Positions 26,468 to 37,396 are shown, numbered from the stretch's first letter. The stretch is DNA of 57,193 nt from Clostridia bacterium (GCA_017467895.1 JAFUKB010000010.1:1-57193); one strand, 5' to 3'. Notes: generated from the sequence alone by a model not told the origin. Numbers and translations: made by a program.

Positions 26468-28276
26468 TTAATCTAAAATTGCTTTAATACGCCTAATTCC
26501 AGCAGAAGAGGCTTCTTCTTTAATAATTTTGAAATGGTGTAAATCTTTTGTGTTTTTTGCATGTGGACCACCACAAATTTCTTTGCTTAATGTTCCAATG
26601 GTGTAAACGGTTACCTTTTCGCCATAACGGTTGTCAAACACGCCAAGGGCGCCACTTGCTTTTGCTTGTTCAACGCTCATTTCTTCAACAACAACAGGAA
26701 TTGCTTGAGATATTGCTTCGTTAACAAAATCTTCCACTTTTTTAATTTCTTCTGGTGTTAATTTGTGGTCGCAGTTAAAGTCAAAACGCAAGCGCTCTGG
26801 TGTTATGTTAGAGCCTTTTTGTCTTATGTCTGCGCTTATATATTTTTGCAAGCCTGCCTGCATAAGGTGAGTGGCTGTGTGAAGGCGTGCGTTTTCTTCG
26901 CTTGAATCAGAAAGTCCGCCCTTAAATTTTTGTTCACTGCCTTGTTTTGATTTTTCTTGGTGTTCTTTAAAAAGTTGTTTAAAGTTTGAGGCGTCAACTT
27001 GAATACCACGCTCTTTTGCAATTTCCTCAGTCATTTCAATAGGAAAGCCGTAAGTTTCATAAAGGTTGAATGCTGATTTGCCGGTGATTATTCTTTCAAC
27101 AGTAAAGTTAGGGTCAGTTTTGCGCATGAACTCTTCTTTGCGGGCAAAACCTGCAATAATTTTGTCGAATTCTTTTAATCCGTTTTCTAAGGTTTTGTTA
27201 AACTTGTTTTTCTCTTCACGAACAACTGTTTTAACAACATGTTCATTTTTTAAAACTTCTGGATAATAGTTTTTAAATTGCTCGACAATAATATCAATAA
27301 TGCCCTCTTCAAAAGGAGAGTTTGTGTCTATGCCAATTTGTTTTGCAAAGCGAATAACCCTGCGGATTAAACGGCGCAAAATATAGCCTTGGTCAGTGTT
27401 TGATGGTTTAATGCCTGCGTCGTCGCTTGCAATCATAACCACTGCACGCATATGGTCAGCAATAATGCGCATTGCTTTTTTGTGCTGACAGTATTCTTTT
27501 TGGCTAAGACGCTCAATTTCTTTAATAATTGGTTGCCAAATTGGAGTTAAGTAGTTGTCATCTAGCCCAGCAAGAACGGCGGTTGTGCGTTCTACACCCA
27601 TGCCAGTGTCTACATTTTTTTGAGCAAGTGGAACAAACTCGCCACTTTCTAAATGGTTAAATTGCATGAATACATTATTCCAAATTTCCATCCAGCGTTT
27701 GTCGCTTGGGTCAAACACTTTTGGGGCAGGAGTGTTGTTATCTACCCAATAGAACATTTCGGTGTCACTTCCGCAAGGTCCAAATTGTTCGATTGATGGC
27801 CACCAGTTGTCTTCGGCTGGCAAAAATGCAATTCTTTCACGAGAAACGCCTTGCGCCTGCCATAGTTTTGCACTTTCTTCGTCAGCAGGAACATATTCAT
27901 TGCCTGCAAAAACAGTGAAAGCAAGACGCTCAAGTGGCAGGTTTAAAACTTTTGTTAAAAACTCAAAACTCCATGCTATTGCTTCTTTTTTAAAATAGTC
28001 ACCAAGACTCCAGTTGCCAAGCATTTCAAAAAAGGTGTGGTGGTAACTGTCACCAACTTCGTCTAAGTCAGTAAGCCTAAAGCATTTTTGAAAATCGCAA
28101 AGTCTTGTTCCAAGTGGGTGCTTTGCACCAAGCAAATATGGCACAAGTGGTTGCATGCCTGCTGTGTTAAAAAGGCAAGTTGGGTCGTTTTCTGGCACGA
28201 CACTGCTACTAGGAATTTGTTTGTGACCTTTGCTAACAAAAAAGTTAATATATAAATCTTTAATATTTTTATCCAT
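26468..28276 (-). CDS. alaS: Alanine--tRNA ligase, short form (602 aa)
   Basis: Motifs FNTAGMQP, HHTFFEMLGNWS, GPCG, DTGMGVER, HTATHL, ERLRFDF and CGGPH. Start set at ATG 28276 after GGAG. Confidence 0.95.
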   Translation of the reverse strand: MDKNIKDLYINFFVSKGHKQIPSSSVVPENDPTCLFNTAGMQPLVPYLLGAKHPLGTRLCDFQKCFRLTDLDEVGDSYHHTFFEMLGNWSLGDYFKKEAIAWSFEFLTKVLNLPLERLAFTVFAGNEYVPADEESAKLWQAQGVSRERIAFLPAEDNWWPSIEQFGPCGSDTEMFYWVDNNTPAPKVFDPSDKRWMEIWNNVFMQFNHLESGEFVPLAQKNVDTGMGVERTTAVLAGLDDNYLTPIWQPIIKEIERLSQKEYCQHKKAMRIIADHMRAVVMIASDDAGIKPSNTDQGYILRRLIRRVIRFAKQIGIDTNSPFEEGIIDIIVEQFKNYYPEVLKNEHVVKTVVREEKNKFNKTLENGLKEFDKIIAGFARKEEFMRKTDPNFTVERIITGKSAFNLYETYGFPIEMTEEIAKERGIQVDASNFKQLFKEHQEKSKQGSEQKFKGGLSDSSEENARLHTATHLMQAGLQKYISADIRQKGSNITPERLRFDFNCDHKLTPEEIKKVEDFVNEAISQAIPVVVEEMSVEQAKASGALGVFDNRYGEKVTVYTIGTLSKEICGGPHAKNTKDLHHFKIIKEEASSAGIRRIKAILD

Positions 28277-28410
28277 AATATTCTCCATAAAACTTTTTGT
28301 ATTATACAACACCTGTTTGTAAAAAGCAAAAGGAATTTTAAACTTAAGGCATTAGCCCTTGCCTTTTTTTTGCAAATTTGATATGCTTTTAAGCATAATT
28401 GGAGAAGAAC

Positions 28411-28944
28411 ATGAAACTTATTGTTGGTCTTGGCAATCCAGATCGAAAGTATGAACACACATTTCATAATTTGGGGTTTATGGCAATTAACAAATTCGCC
28501 GAAAAAATTGACGCGCATTTTACAAAACGCATGTGTGATGGTTTGGTGGCTGAAGGCTATTTTGCTGGGCAAAAACTATTGCTTTTAAAACCTTTAACAT
28601 ACATGAATTTAAGCGGAATAAGCGTAAGGCAAATTGCTCAAAAATTCAAACTTTTACCGCGAGATATTTATGTTTTTGTTGACGACATAGATTTGCCTCT
28701 TGGCAAGGTTAGATATCGCGAATCGGGCAGTGCAGGCACGCACAATGGTTTAAAAAGCATAGTTAATGAACTTGGGTCAACAGAATTTAAACGCATAAAA
28801 ATAGGTATTGGCAGAGATGAGAAATTTGCTGATTTGGCTGACTATGTTTTAAGCCGTATTCCAGACGAAAAAATTGATATAATAAACTTAGAAATTTTAA
28901 CAGCGTGTGATTTTGTGCTAGATAAATTAAAAAACAAGGAGTAA
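28411..28944 (+). CDS. pth: Peptidyl-tRNA hydrolase
   Basis: Motifs LIVGLGNP, HNLGF, KPLTYMNLSG and GSAGTHNGLKS; ATG 28411 follows GGAG. Confidence 0.96.
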   Translation: MKLIVGLGNPDRKYEHTFHNLGFMAINKFAEKIDAHFTKRMCDGLVAEGYFAGQKLLLLKPLTYMNLSGISVRQIAQKFKLLPRDIYVFVDDIDLPLGKVRYRESGSAGTHNGLKSIVNELGSTEFKRIKIGIGRDEKFADLADYVLSRIPDEKIDIINLEILTACDFVLDKLKNKE

Positions 28945-28948
28945 CGGT

Positions 28949-31900
28949 TTGCAAAATATTGATAATTTTCTTGCAAATGTAGGAATAATAAAAAAGTTAA
29001 ACGAGGCGGTTAAAACCGACCTTTGTTTTTCTGTTTTTGGGGCGGGCGTTGGCGAAAAGGCTTTAAGCGTTTATCAACTATCAAAAACCAACAAAATTGC
29101 CTATGTGGCAAGTGACCAAATTGAACTATTGGAACTTGGGCAATGTTTTGCCGATTTGGGTGCAAAATTTGAAGTTGCGAATTTTGATTTGAACCCACCT
29201 TTGTTTACTCAAGTTGTTGATAATTTGCAAAAAAATGAATTAAATAAAGCATTATATAATTTTTGCTTTTCAGATGTAAATATTTTGCTTTTAAACCCAG
29301 AAAGTTTGCTGTTTAAGTTTCGCCAAAAATTAGATAAAAATAATTTTTTAAATTTGCAAAAAAATTCAAAAATTAATTATGAATATTTAATAAATAAATT
29401 AATAAATTTGGGTTATAAAAAATGCCAAAAAATTGAGCAAGTTGGCGATTTTAGCGTCAGAGGAGATATTTTAGATATTTTCTTAAATAATTATGAAAAT
29501 CCAATTAGAATTGAATTATTTGATGATGAAATTGAAAAAATATATATATTTTCATACACTGAAATGCAAAAAATTAATGAAATAGATGGTTTTACAATTT
29601 TTCCGAATAAATTATGTTTTTTTAACGAAATAATTAAAGAAAAAATAATAAGTTCATTAAAAACTTCGCTTTTAGGTTTGGGTAGCGCGGGCGATGCAAT
29701 AATAAAAAGTCATTCACTTGTTAATAATGTGTGTGAATTGTTGCAAAATAACATAATAGACTCGGATTGTGATTGTTTAATGCCATTTTTGAATAAAGAA
29801 TATGCTATTACTCAAATTTTAGATATCGCAAAGTTTGTTATAAGCGAGCCTAAAAAAACATACGATTATTTATGTGATGTTAGCAAAAGTCTGCTTGCAA
29901 GCATTGGGGATTTTATTGACAGTGGCGAACTCTTGCCTGAACATGCTGGCTATTATTTTTTACCACAACAAGCAGTTTGTTTTAAGCCAAACTTAGTTTT
30001 TTGCAATGTGGAACAAAAAGTCTTTGAAAGCGATGTAACAGATTATATGCGCACTGTTGGTTCAAGAAACTATGTTTATGACTATAAATCGCTTGCAAAC
30101 GATTTGTTCATTTATGAGCAGTCGAAATACAAAGTGGTATTGTTTGCAGGAAGTGAAGAATCTAAGCAAACGGTGGCTGACTTTTTGGTCAAATATAATC
30201 TTTTTTCTAGTGACGAACTAAACTTAAGAACTAACAAATTCCAAATTGTAATCACTGCTCAAAAATTTGCAAAGTCGGGCAGTTTTTTAGACTCGGGCAT
30301 AATTTTTATTGGTACTGATGATTTAATTAAACGCACAAAAAACCAAGTAAAAAACATAACTAAATCTGCAAAAAAACACAAAGTGTTTTATTTGCCAAAA
30401 GTGGGAGATTATGTTGTTCATGAAATTCACGGAATAGGCAAATGTGTGGCTTTGCAAAAATTAAATTTTAATGGCACCGAAAAAGACTATTTTGTTTTAG
30501 AATACTCGGGTGGCGATAAACTGTACTTGCCAAACGAACAAGCCGATTCTATTTCGGCATACATTGGTGGGGAAAATTCTCCACGCTTGCACAAGTTGGG
30601 CGGTGAACAGTTTGCAAAAATTAAACAAAAGGTTAAAGAAAGTGTTAGCAAACTTGCAGTGGATTTAATTGACCTTTATGCAAAAAGAGAAAAAAGCAAA
30701 GGGTTTGTATATTCTCAAGACAATTATTTGTTTAATGAGTTTGAAAATGCATTTAAACACACAGAAACCAACGACCAACTTCTTGCTATAAACGACATTA
30801 AAAACGATATGCATAGCACAAAAATTATGGACAGGTTAATTTGTGGCGATGTTGGCTATGGCAAAACCGAGGTTGCATTGAGGGCAATATATAAGGCTGT
30901 TTTAGATGGAAAACAGGTCGTATTCTTGTGTCCAACAACAATTCTTGCTCAGCAACATTATCAAACGGCAAAAGAGCGCTTTGATGGTTTTATGGTTAAT
31001 GTTGCAGTGCTTAATAGGTTTAAAACAAAATCTCAGCAAGAACAAATTTTAAAAGAATTAAAAGATGGCAAGGTTGATGTTTTAATTGGCACCCACAGGC
31101 TACTTTCAAAAGATGTTGTTTTTAAAGATTTGGGGCTTTTGGTGCTGGACGAAGAACAGCGCTTTGGTGTTAGTGATAAAGAAAAAATTAAAGACCTTAA
31201 AAAAAATATTGATGTGTTGACACTCTCTGCTACACCAATCCCGCGAACTCTTAACATGGCACTAACTGGAATAAGAGATATTTCAATAATAGAAACTCCG
31301 CCACGCGAACGCATTGCTGTTAAAACTTTTGTTAGCGAAGAAAGTGACACTCTGATTTTAAATGCTTGCAAGCGTGAACTTGCTCGTGGTGGGCAGGTGC
31401 TGTTTGTTTATAACAGAGTTGAACATATTTTTGAACAGGCAGAAAGGCTTAAAACTTTGCTTCCAAATGCAAGAATTGGGGTCGCTCATGGACAGATGCC
31501 AGAGAAGTTGTTAGAGCAAACAATTATGAACTTATATAACAAAGAATATGACATTTTGGTTGCAACCACGCTTATTGAAAGTGGAATAGACTTGCCACTT
31601 GCCAATACGCTAATTGTTATTGATGCTGACAGACTGGGGCTTGGGGAGTTATATCAATTAAGGGGTAGAATTGGCAGAAGTGACCGTGTTGCTTATGCTT
31701 ACTTTACTTATAACCCATCTAAAATGTTAACCCCCGACGCATATAAGCGCCTTGACGCAATTTTAGAATATACCGAACTTGGCAGTGGTTTTAAAATTGC
31801 CATGAGAGATTTGGAAATCCGTGGTGCGGGCAATATTTTGGGGAAAGAGCAACATGGTCATTTGGAAAAAGTTGGCTATGATATGTATTGCAAACTGCTA

Positions 31901-32383
31901 GAAAGTGCGGTAAAAGAACTAAAAGGCGAAAAGGTTAAAGATATTAAACCTATTAAAATTGACATTGCAATTTCCGCAATTTTGCCAGAAAGTTTTGTGC
32001 AGGCAGAAGAGGAGCGAATTAAACTTTATTCTGATATTAGCCAAATTCAATGCGATGACGACATGCAAAATATGAAAAATAAACTTTTTGATTCATATGG
32101 GCAAGTGCCAGCAGAAACTGAAAATCTGCTAAAAATTGCTTACTTAAAAAATTTATGCGTAAAACTTGGTGTTAAACGCGTTGTAATAAACGCAAATGTA
32201 TGTAAAATCTATTTGTATAAATCAAAAGAGATTATGCAAGAAGGTGTTTCAAGAGAACTTTCGCAAAGTAAGTGTGGGGTGTTGTCTTTTGAAGAGGATC
32301 CAGTTTTAACATTTGACTTGGGCCTTGCAACCGTTTTGCAAAAGTTAAATTATATTTTAGATTTTTGTAGACGCGCAGTTTGA
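28949..32383 (+). CDS. mfd: Transcription-repair coupling factor
   Basis: Motifs FSVRGDILD, GDYVVHEIHGIG, GDVGYGKTEVA, DEEQRFG, SATPIPRT and QLRGRIGR; TRCF C-terminus. Confidence 0.97.
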   Translation: MQNIDNFLANVGIIKKLNEAVKTDLCFSVFGAGVGEKALSVYQLSKTNKIAYVASDQIELLELGQCFADLGAKFEVANFDLNPPLFTQVVDNLQKNELNKALYNFCFSDVNILLLNPESLLFKFRQKLDKNNFLNLQKNSKINYEYLINKLINLGYKKCQKIEQVGDFSVRGDILDIFLNNYENPIRIELFDDEIEKIYIFSYTEMQKINEIDGFTIFPNKLCFFNEIIKEKIISSLKTSLLGLGSAGDAIIKSHSLVNNVCELLQNNIIDSDCDCLMPFLNKEYAITQILDIAKFVISEPKKTYDYLCDVSKSLLASIGDFIDSGELLPEHAGYYFLPQQAVCFKPNLVFCNVEQKVFESDVTDYMRTVGSRNYVYDYKSLANDLFIYEQSKYKVVLFAGSEESKQTVADFLVKYNLFSSDELNLRTNKFQIVITAQKFAKSGSFLDSGIIFIGTDDLIKRTKNQVKNITKSAKKHKVFYLPKVGDYVVHEIHGIGKCVALQKLNFNGTEKDYFVLEYSGGDKLYLPNEQADSISAYIGGENSPRLHKLGGEQFAKIKQKVKESVSKLAVDLIDLYAKREKSKGFVYSQDNYLFNEFENAFKHTETNDQLLAINDIKNDMHSTKIMDRLICGDVGYGKTEVALRAIYKAVLDGKQVVFLCPTTILAQQHYQTAKERFDGFMVNVAVLNRFKTKSQQEQILKELKDGKVDVLIGTHRLLSKDVVFKDLGLLVLDEEQRFGVSDKEKIKDLKKNIDVLTLSATPIPRTLNMALTGIRDISIIETPPRERIAVKTFVSEESDTLILNACKRELARGGQVLFVYNRVEHIFEQAERLKTLLPNARIGVAHGQMPEKLLEQTIMNLYNKEYDILVATTLIESGIDLPLANTLIVIDADRLGLGELYQLRGRIGRSDRVAYAYFTYNPSKMLTPDAYKRLDAILEYTELGSGFKIAMRDLEIRGAGNILGKEQHGHLEKVGYDMYCKLLESAVKELKGEKVKDIKPIKIDIAISAILPESFVQAEEERIKLYSDISQIQCDDDMQNMKNKLFDSYGQVPAETENLLKIAYLKNLCVKLGVKRVVINANVCKIYLYKSKEIMQEGVSRELSQSKCGVLSFEEDPVLTFDLGLATVLQKLNYILDFCRRAV

Positions 32384-32561
32384 AAAAAGATTAAATTTGA
32401 TTGCATTTTTAAATATAGTGTTGTATAATTCAAAGGTTAAATTTGTATACTTGCGCAAAAAACTGGTAAAAATTGTGTAAAGCAAGTAACAAATTTTAAA
32501 TAAAATTTTATTTATGTTTATTTCAAAGGCTTATAATTGCTTATAAATTTAGGAGAAAATC

Positions 32562-34280
32562 GTGAAAAAACCAATTAAAATAGTTGCATTTTTACTTATA
32601 GCATGTATGTCGTTTATGTTTGCGGGGTGTGATTTGTTTACCCTTAATGGTTCGGCGTACTATAATCAACCCGTTATAACTGCCACCTATGGCGACAACA
32701 GCAAAATTGAAGTCTCTAGAAAAGACTATTTAACCGCATTCAACAACTATGGTGCAAGTTTGATGTCTTCTTATGGCTATACAGAGGAGCAGGCAAAAGA
32801 AGCAACAGTTGATGCATTAATCAATCGCAAGATTTTGCTTAAAGAGGCAATGCGCGTTGCTCAAACTCCAGAGGGAGAAAGCGTAAAATTAACAGGCGAA
32901 GAAGTTAACGAACTTTATTATCAAACCTATTCGGCATTAATTTCTAACGCACGCGAATATGAAAGCGATATTAGAAAAGACTGGGACATGCCAGCCGAAG
33001 ACTCAATGGCGGAAGAATCAACAACTGCTTCTGTTGTTTATGAGGCTTATGAAAAACAAGCACGCCCTGTTTATGATTCAGAAAGTGGAACTTATAAAAT
33101 TAAATTGTTAGAAACTGATTCAACTCCAAATCGCAATATTTCTTTTGAAAACTATGATGAAATTTACAATGCATTCTTAGCAGAGACAAAAAACAACTCG
33201 TCAGACGCATTTGCTCGTGAGGAGTATAGAAGATATTTGGCATCACTTCAATCATCTCAAAAAATTCTTGGCACAAAATATAATGAAGAAGAATTAATTA
33301 GAGAAGAAATTGACCGCATTTATAAAAACTTAGAAGAGAACGAATATTTAACAAAATATCAAGAATATAAGCAAGATAATAACGGTTACTCTTATATTAC
33401 CGTTAGCCAAGTGCTAGAAAAATATAAGGCAATGATAAGTGCTTCAAAATTTGTTTATGAAAATGACCTTTCTGCATATGGAGAAGCAGTGCTTGGGGAT
33501 TTAAGCAAGGTTAACTATTTTGTAGATGACAATTATTTCTATGTTGCTCATATTTTAATAAAATTCGATGATGCACAACAAAAGGCATATAATGCACTTG
33601 CAACACAAAGCAATAACGGGCAGGGCTATGTTGTTTCGGCTGAGTATTATGAACAACAAAAATCAGCAATCTATTCTCAAATAAAAGCAAATGTAAGGGA
33701 CGGCGAAACAGGAGAGGTTACTTCTGAGCGTGCAGTTTTGGCAAGTGATGTTTTAAAAGAGGTTCAGGTTGCCCTTGCAAACGCTACAACTCAAGAACAA
33801 AAAGATATTGCTTTTAGAAATTTAATGTATAAATATAACGAAGATGACGGCATAATGAACGCTGCATACCCATATGTTATTGGCACAGAAAACAGCAAGA
33901 TGGTAGAAAGTTTTACCGACGCTTCAAGAGAACTTAACGAGTCGGGTGTTTATGGGAATGTGAGTGGCTTGGTTGAAAGCGAATATGGTGTGCATATCAT
34001 CTATTATATGGGACAATGCTCTAATCCTTTTGAGTTTGCTTCTGATGGAACACTAGAACTCCGCGCTGATTACACTATTGATAATGGTAATGGCGAAGTT
34101 AAAACAAGCGATGTTTTAAAACTTGACGAAACTTATTTGAATAATCTTAATAATAAAACCTTATTTGACCTTATTTATGAAGGCTTGGTGTCAGACAATT
34201 ATAGTCAATATGAAAAATTGAATCTTAACTCATTAAAAGAACAATATGATATTAATGTAATTGTTAATTCTGATATTTAA
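32562..34280 (+). CDS. PrsA-like parvulin peptidyl-prolyl isomerase lipoprotein
   Basis: Lipobox FAGC, VAHILIKF, MVESF and VESEYGVHII; position after mfd. Confidence 0.8.
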   Translation: MKKPIKIVAFLLIACMSFMFAGCDLFTLNGSAYYNQPVITATYGDNSKIEVSRKDYLTAFNNYGASLMSSYGYTEEQAKEATVDALINRKILLKEAMRVAQTPEGESVKLTGEEVNELYYQTYSALISNAREYESDIRKDWDMPAEDSMAEESTTASVVYEAYEKQARPVYDSESGTYKIKLLETDSTPNRNISFENYDEIYNAFLAETKNNSSDAFAREEYRRYLASLQSSQKILGTKYNEEELIREEIDRIYKNLEENEYLTKYQEYKQDNNGYSYITVSQVLEKYKAMISASKFVYENDLSAYGEAVLGDLSKVNYFVDDNYFYVAHILIKFDDAQQKAYNALATQSNNGQGYVVSAEYYEQQKSAIYSQIKANVRDGETGEVTSERAVLASDVLKEVQVALANATTQEQKDIAFRNLMYKYNEDDGIMNAAYPYVIGTENSKMVESFTDASRELNESGVYGNVSGLVESEYGVHIIYYMGQCSNPFEFASDGTLELRADYTIDNGNGEVKTSDVLKLDETYLNNLNNKTLFDLIYEGLVSDNYSQYEKLNLNSLKEQYDINVIVNSDI

Positions 34281-34286
34281 AAAAAT

Positions 34287-34315
34287 AAAGGCTCTCTTTT
34301 AAGAGGGCTTTTTTT
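34287..34315 (+). terminator. Intrinsic terminator
   Basis: aaaggctctc...gagggc plus T7. Confidence 0.7.
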
Positions 34316-34380
34316 AATGCTGATTAGTGCAACTATTTTTTCTTGCAAAATAAAAAAAAATGTGCTACACTGACAAAAGC

Positions 34381-35715
34381 ATGGTTAAAAGGTCACTTCT
34401 TTTTAATAAATTAAAAAGATTTAAAAAAGGCTCTTGTGTTAAAGGGCAGTTTTTTTCTGACCAACATTTGTTAAAAAATCAACTTTCTTTTGAAGATATA
34501 ACGCATGAGGAAAATGCCGAGCAAGAAATTGCAAATCAACTTGGCGAGGCAAAGCAAGAAATTGCCAAACAAAAATCTAAAAAGAAAAAAATAACAAGCA
34601 TATTATTTTTTGCGTTAAATATTGTTGTTGTTGCTGTTATATTAATTCAACAACTTAGTCAGGGCGAAGTTGAGCCGTTTTCAAACATAATAGCCAGTGG
34701 GCTCTTTAAATGGCAATACATTCCTCTTATTGCTGTTGTGTTCGCTGCAACGGTTTTGTTAGATTCTTACCGTTCATATAAACTTATGAGGCAGGCAACA
34801 AAACAAAAACGCTTTGCCTTAAATTATAAAATGATTGCTGTTGGCAGATATTGGGACTGCATTACCCCAATGTCAACCGGTGGCGAGCCAAGCCAAGTGT
34901 TTTATTTGCACAAAAACGGAGTAGATGCAGGCACGGCACTGTTTATTCCTGTCGCTAGGTATGTAATTTTCCAAATTTCATGGATAATTGTATCATTATT
35001 TGCAACAATTTATGCATCAAAAGTTTATGGCGAGGCTGACCTTGTTTCTATTGTCTCTTATATTGGTTTTGGCATAAATTTTATTCTTATGGTTGGCATT
35101 TGGTTTTTGTCAGTCAGTAAAAAACTAGGCAAAATATTGGTTGCAAAAACTTTAAAACTGTTACAAAAAATGCGCATCATAAAGAATTATGAAAAGCAGT
35201 ATGAAAAAGTCATGAAAACAGTTTCAAACTTTCAGTCGGCAATGACAGTATACACCAAAAACCTAAAAGAGTTTATTTGGTTTATATTCTTGCAAGTGCT
35301 TCAGTTGTGTTTAAACTTCTTTATGCCATATTTAATTTATTTAACTTTGGGCGGAACGCCAGATGCTACCATGGCTGTAACTATTGGTGTATATACAATT
35401 TTAATTGACCTCGCGTCGGGCATAACTCCGCTTCCTGGAGGCACGGGCATGAGCGAAGTGTCGTTTACCATTGTTTTTGCGGACATTTTTCCTAATGGAA
35501 CGGTGTTCTGGGGGCTTTTATTCTGGCGTATTATGAGTTATTATGTTTACATTGCTCAAGGCTTGCTTGTTACTTCATATGATTATATTTGGGGAAATAA
35601 AAAATATGAATGGCAAAAACGCAAATGGGAACTTGAAGCGGAAAGCAATAAGTTTAAACTGGCGCAGATTAGAGGCTATAACAAACGCAGTCGTTCAAGA
35701 AAAATTAAAATTTAA
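34381..35715 (+). CDS. Lysylphosphatidylglycerol synthase TM / flippase-like membrane protein
   Basis: ITPMSTGGEP, TPLPGGTGMSE, LFWRIMSYY and many TMs. The track start (34360) lies within the promoter TTGCAA-17-TACACT, so 34381 is preferred. Confidence 0.85.
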   Translation: MVKRSLLFNKLKRFKKGSCVKGQFFSDQHLLKNQLSFEDITHEENAEQEIANQLGEAKQEIAKQKSKKKKITSILFFALNIVVVAVILIQQLSQGEVEPFSNIIASGLFKWQYIPLIAVVFAATVLLDSYRSYKLMRQATKQKRFALNYKMIAVGRYWDCITPMSTGGEPSQVFYLHKNGVDAGTALFIPVARYVIFQISWIIVSLFATIYASKVYGEADLVSIVSYIGFGINFILMVGIWFLSVSKKLGKILVAKTLKLLQKMRIIKNYEKQYEKVMKTVSNFQSAMTVYTKNLKEFIWFIFLQVLQLCLNFFMPYLIYLTLGGTPDATMAVTIGVYTILIDLASGITPLPGGTGMSEVSFTIVFADIFPNGTVFWGLLFWRIMSYYVYIAQGLLVTSYDYIWGNKKYEWQKRKWELEAESNKFKLAQIRGYNKRSRSRKIKI

Positions 35716-35790
35716 CAATTTAGTTCAAATATTTTTTGTTAATTGAATATAAAATAAAACCTTGTCAAAAATTAATGACGAGGTTTTTAT

Positions 35791-36294
35791 ATGGCAAAAA
35801 AAAGAAAAGCACTTGTGGTTACGCTTGTTTCTGTAATAGTAATTTTGTCGCTTGCTCTTGGTGCAAGCATAACATATAATTTTATTGGTGGGTTTTATCG
35901 TAGCAGGGTAGAGCGCTATAATACAGTCTTGGGTGAGGATTTGCTTATTAATATAGATAAGGAGGGGTCTTATTGTGTTGCATGTAATTTTAGCGGAACT
36001 GTTTTGCTTGGAGTTGACATAGGTCAAAATGTATATATTAAAGTTGGAGATATATCATCGCCACTCAATTTGCGCGCAAAGGCATTTGTGTCTGGCAACA
36101 CTCAAAAAAATTGTGATATGTTCGGTTTTACAAATTGGTTGGTTGACGAAAATGATTCATATATATATTTCAATCAAACTGTTGATTCAAATGAACAAAT
36201 AGGCATGTGTAAATATGTTAGACTGAATCAAAACCTAAAACTTGAAAGCAACCTGGATTATATATTAATTATTGTTGTTGAGGCATATGCATAG
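35791..36294 (+). CDS. Hypothetical exported/membrane-anchored protein
   Basis: N-terminal KKRK plus hydrophobic helix; beta-rich body with W...DSYIYF. Confidence 0.7.
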   Translation: MAKKRKALVVTLVSVIVILSLALGASITYNFIGGFYRSRVERYNTVLGEDLLINIDKEGSYCVACNFSGTVLLGVDIGQNVYIKVGDISSPLNLRAKAFVSGNTQKNCDMFGFTNWLVDENDSYIYFNQTVDSNEQIGMCKYVRLNQNLKLESNLDYILIIVVEAYA

Positions 36295-36304
36295 TTTCTA
36301 ATAC

Positions 36305-37396
36305 TTAATTTTTTGGTCTTGCAGAATCTAACACGCTAAGGGGATTAAAAAGTGAATGTAATTCTGGGCGGTTGGCACCAAGAGTTCTTCCGTCAACGCA
36401 TTTTCTATCCATAAATAAAACCTTGTGGTTTTTGCTTGGCAAGTGGTTGTAAAAAGTTTTCATGCCCACGCCACAAAAAAGTGAAAAACCTGCCTGTTGT
36501 AATATTTTGTGTTTTTTGCATATTTCTCCATTGCTGAACACGCACCATTCGCCATAAGGATAAACATATATTTTTGTTTTTCCTACAATGGGCTCAACTT
36601 CTGCTTGCCATAACTCTACTTCTTTTAAAAATTTTTCGTCAGATATTTTATTCATGTGATAGTGTCCATAACTGTGGCTGGCAAATTGCCAGCCGTTTTG
36701 TTTTAATTTGTTTACAACTTCCTGTGCTTGCTTAGTTTCTTCTTGTCGATTTAAAGTGTTTGTGTGGCTTGTTCTATAACCCAAGATTCCATCATAGCCG
36801 GTTAAATTGATTAGACCTTTTGCACCATTAATAGAAAAATCTGGGTGTTTTTTAATAAAATTTTCTAAAATTGGAATAAATTCCAAATCGTATCTAATAT
36901 CTTGTTGGTTTTTATATTTTGTAGACGAGGCAAGATTTCCGTTTTCGTCTAAAATTATTTTATCAACCATGCCCAACCCTATTTTTTTACTATCATAATT
37001 TACATCGTCAAAACTAAATATTAATGGTTTTTTACCTTTGGGCACTTTTATCTTACATTTGCTTGCAATTCCATTTTCATCAATCTTAAAGCATGAATTA
37101 ATGTCAACAAGTGCATAATTGTTTTTATATAATTCGTTTAATATTAAAATAAATTCTTTTGATGTTATGCAATCGGTTAAATAATTTTTGCTCATGTGGG
37201 TTTTGCTTTCAAATGCTAAATCGGAGTAGGCAATTAAACAGTGCGTAAAAATATGTTCAACATTGCTTGTGTAATAATATTGACTTTCTGCAAAAACATT
37301 TTTGCAATTAAAAAAACAACTAAAAAGCGTAAAAAAAATTAAAAAACTGGCTAAAATGCATGAAATTTTTATATTTTTTAAACAATTTTTTTTCAT
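36305..37396 (-). CDS. Polysaccharide deacetylase (NodB-like), exported
   Basis: HIFTHCL, KKPLIFSFDD, FASHSYGH and YVYPYG; signal peptide. Start uncertain. Confidence 0.82.
   Translation of the reverse strand: MKKNCLKNIKISCILASFLIFFTLFSCFFNCKNVFAESQYYYTSNVEHIFTHCLIAYSDLAFESKTHMSKNYLTDCITSKEFILILNELYKNNYALVDINSCFKIDENGIASKCKIKVPKGKKPLIFSFDDVNYDSKKIGLGMVDKIILDENGNLASSTKYKNQQDIRYDLEFIPILENFIKKHPDFSINGAKGLINLTGYDGILGYRTSHTNTLNRQEETKQAQEVVNKLKQNGWQFASHSYGHYHMNKISDEKFLKEVELWQAEVEPIVGKTKIYVYPYGEWCVFSNGEICKKHKILQQAGFSLFCGVGMKTFYNHLPSKNHKVLFMDRKCVDGRTLGANRPELHSLFNPLSVLDSARPKN

Noticed and set aside
28277-28410. T-box leader for alaS
   Set aside because: The short divergent intergenic region has no recognisable T-box (AAGGTGGTACC-like) motif.
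2923-32383. Alternative genetic code (TGA=Trp)
   Set aside because: gmk and mfd end at TGA at their expected C-termini, and conserved genes translate intact under code 11.
34349-34360. Poly-A run in a promoter spacer as a phase-variation tract
   Set aside because: A/T runs of this length are common throughout this AT-rich window, and the spacer is already 17 bp.
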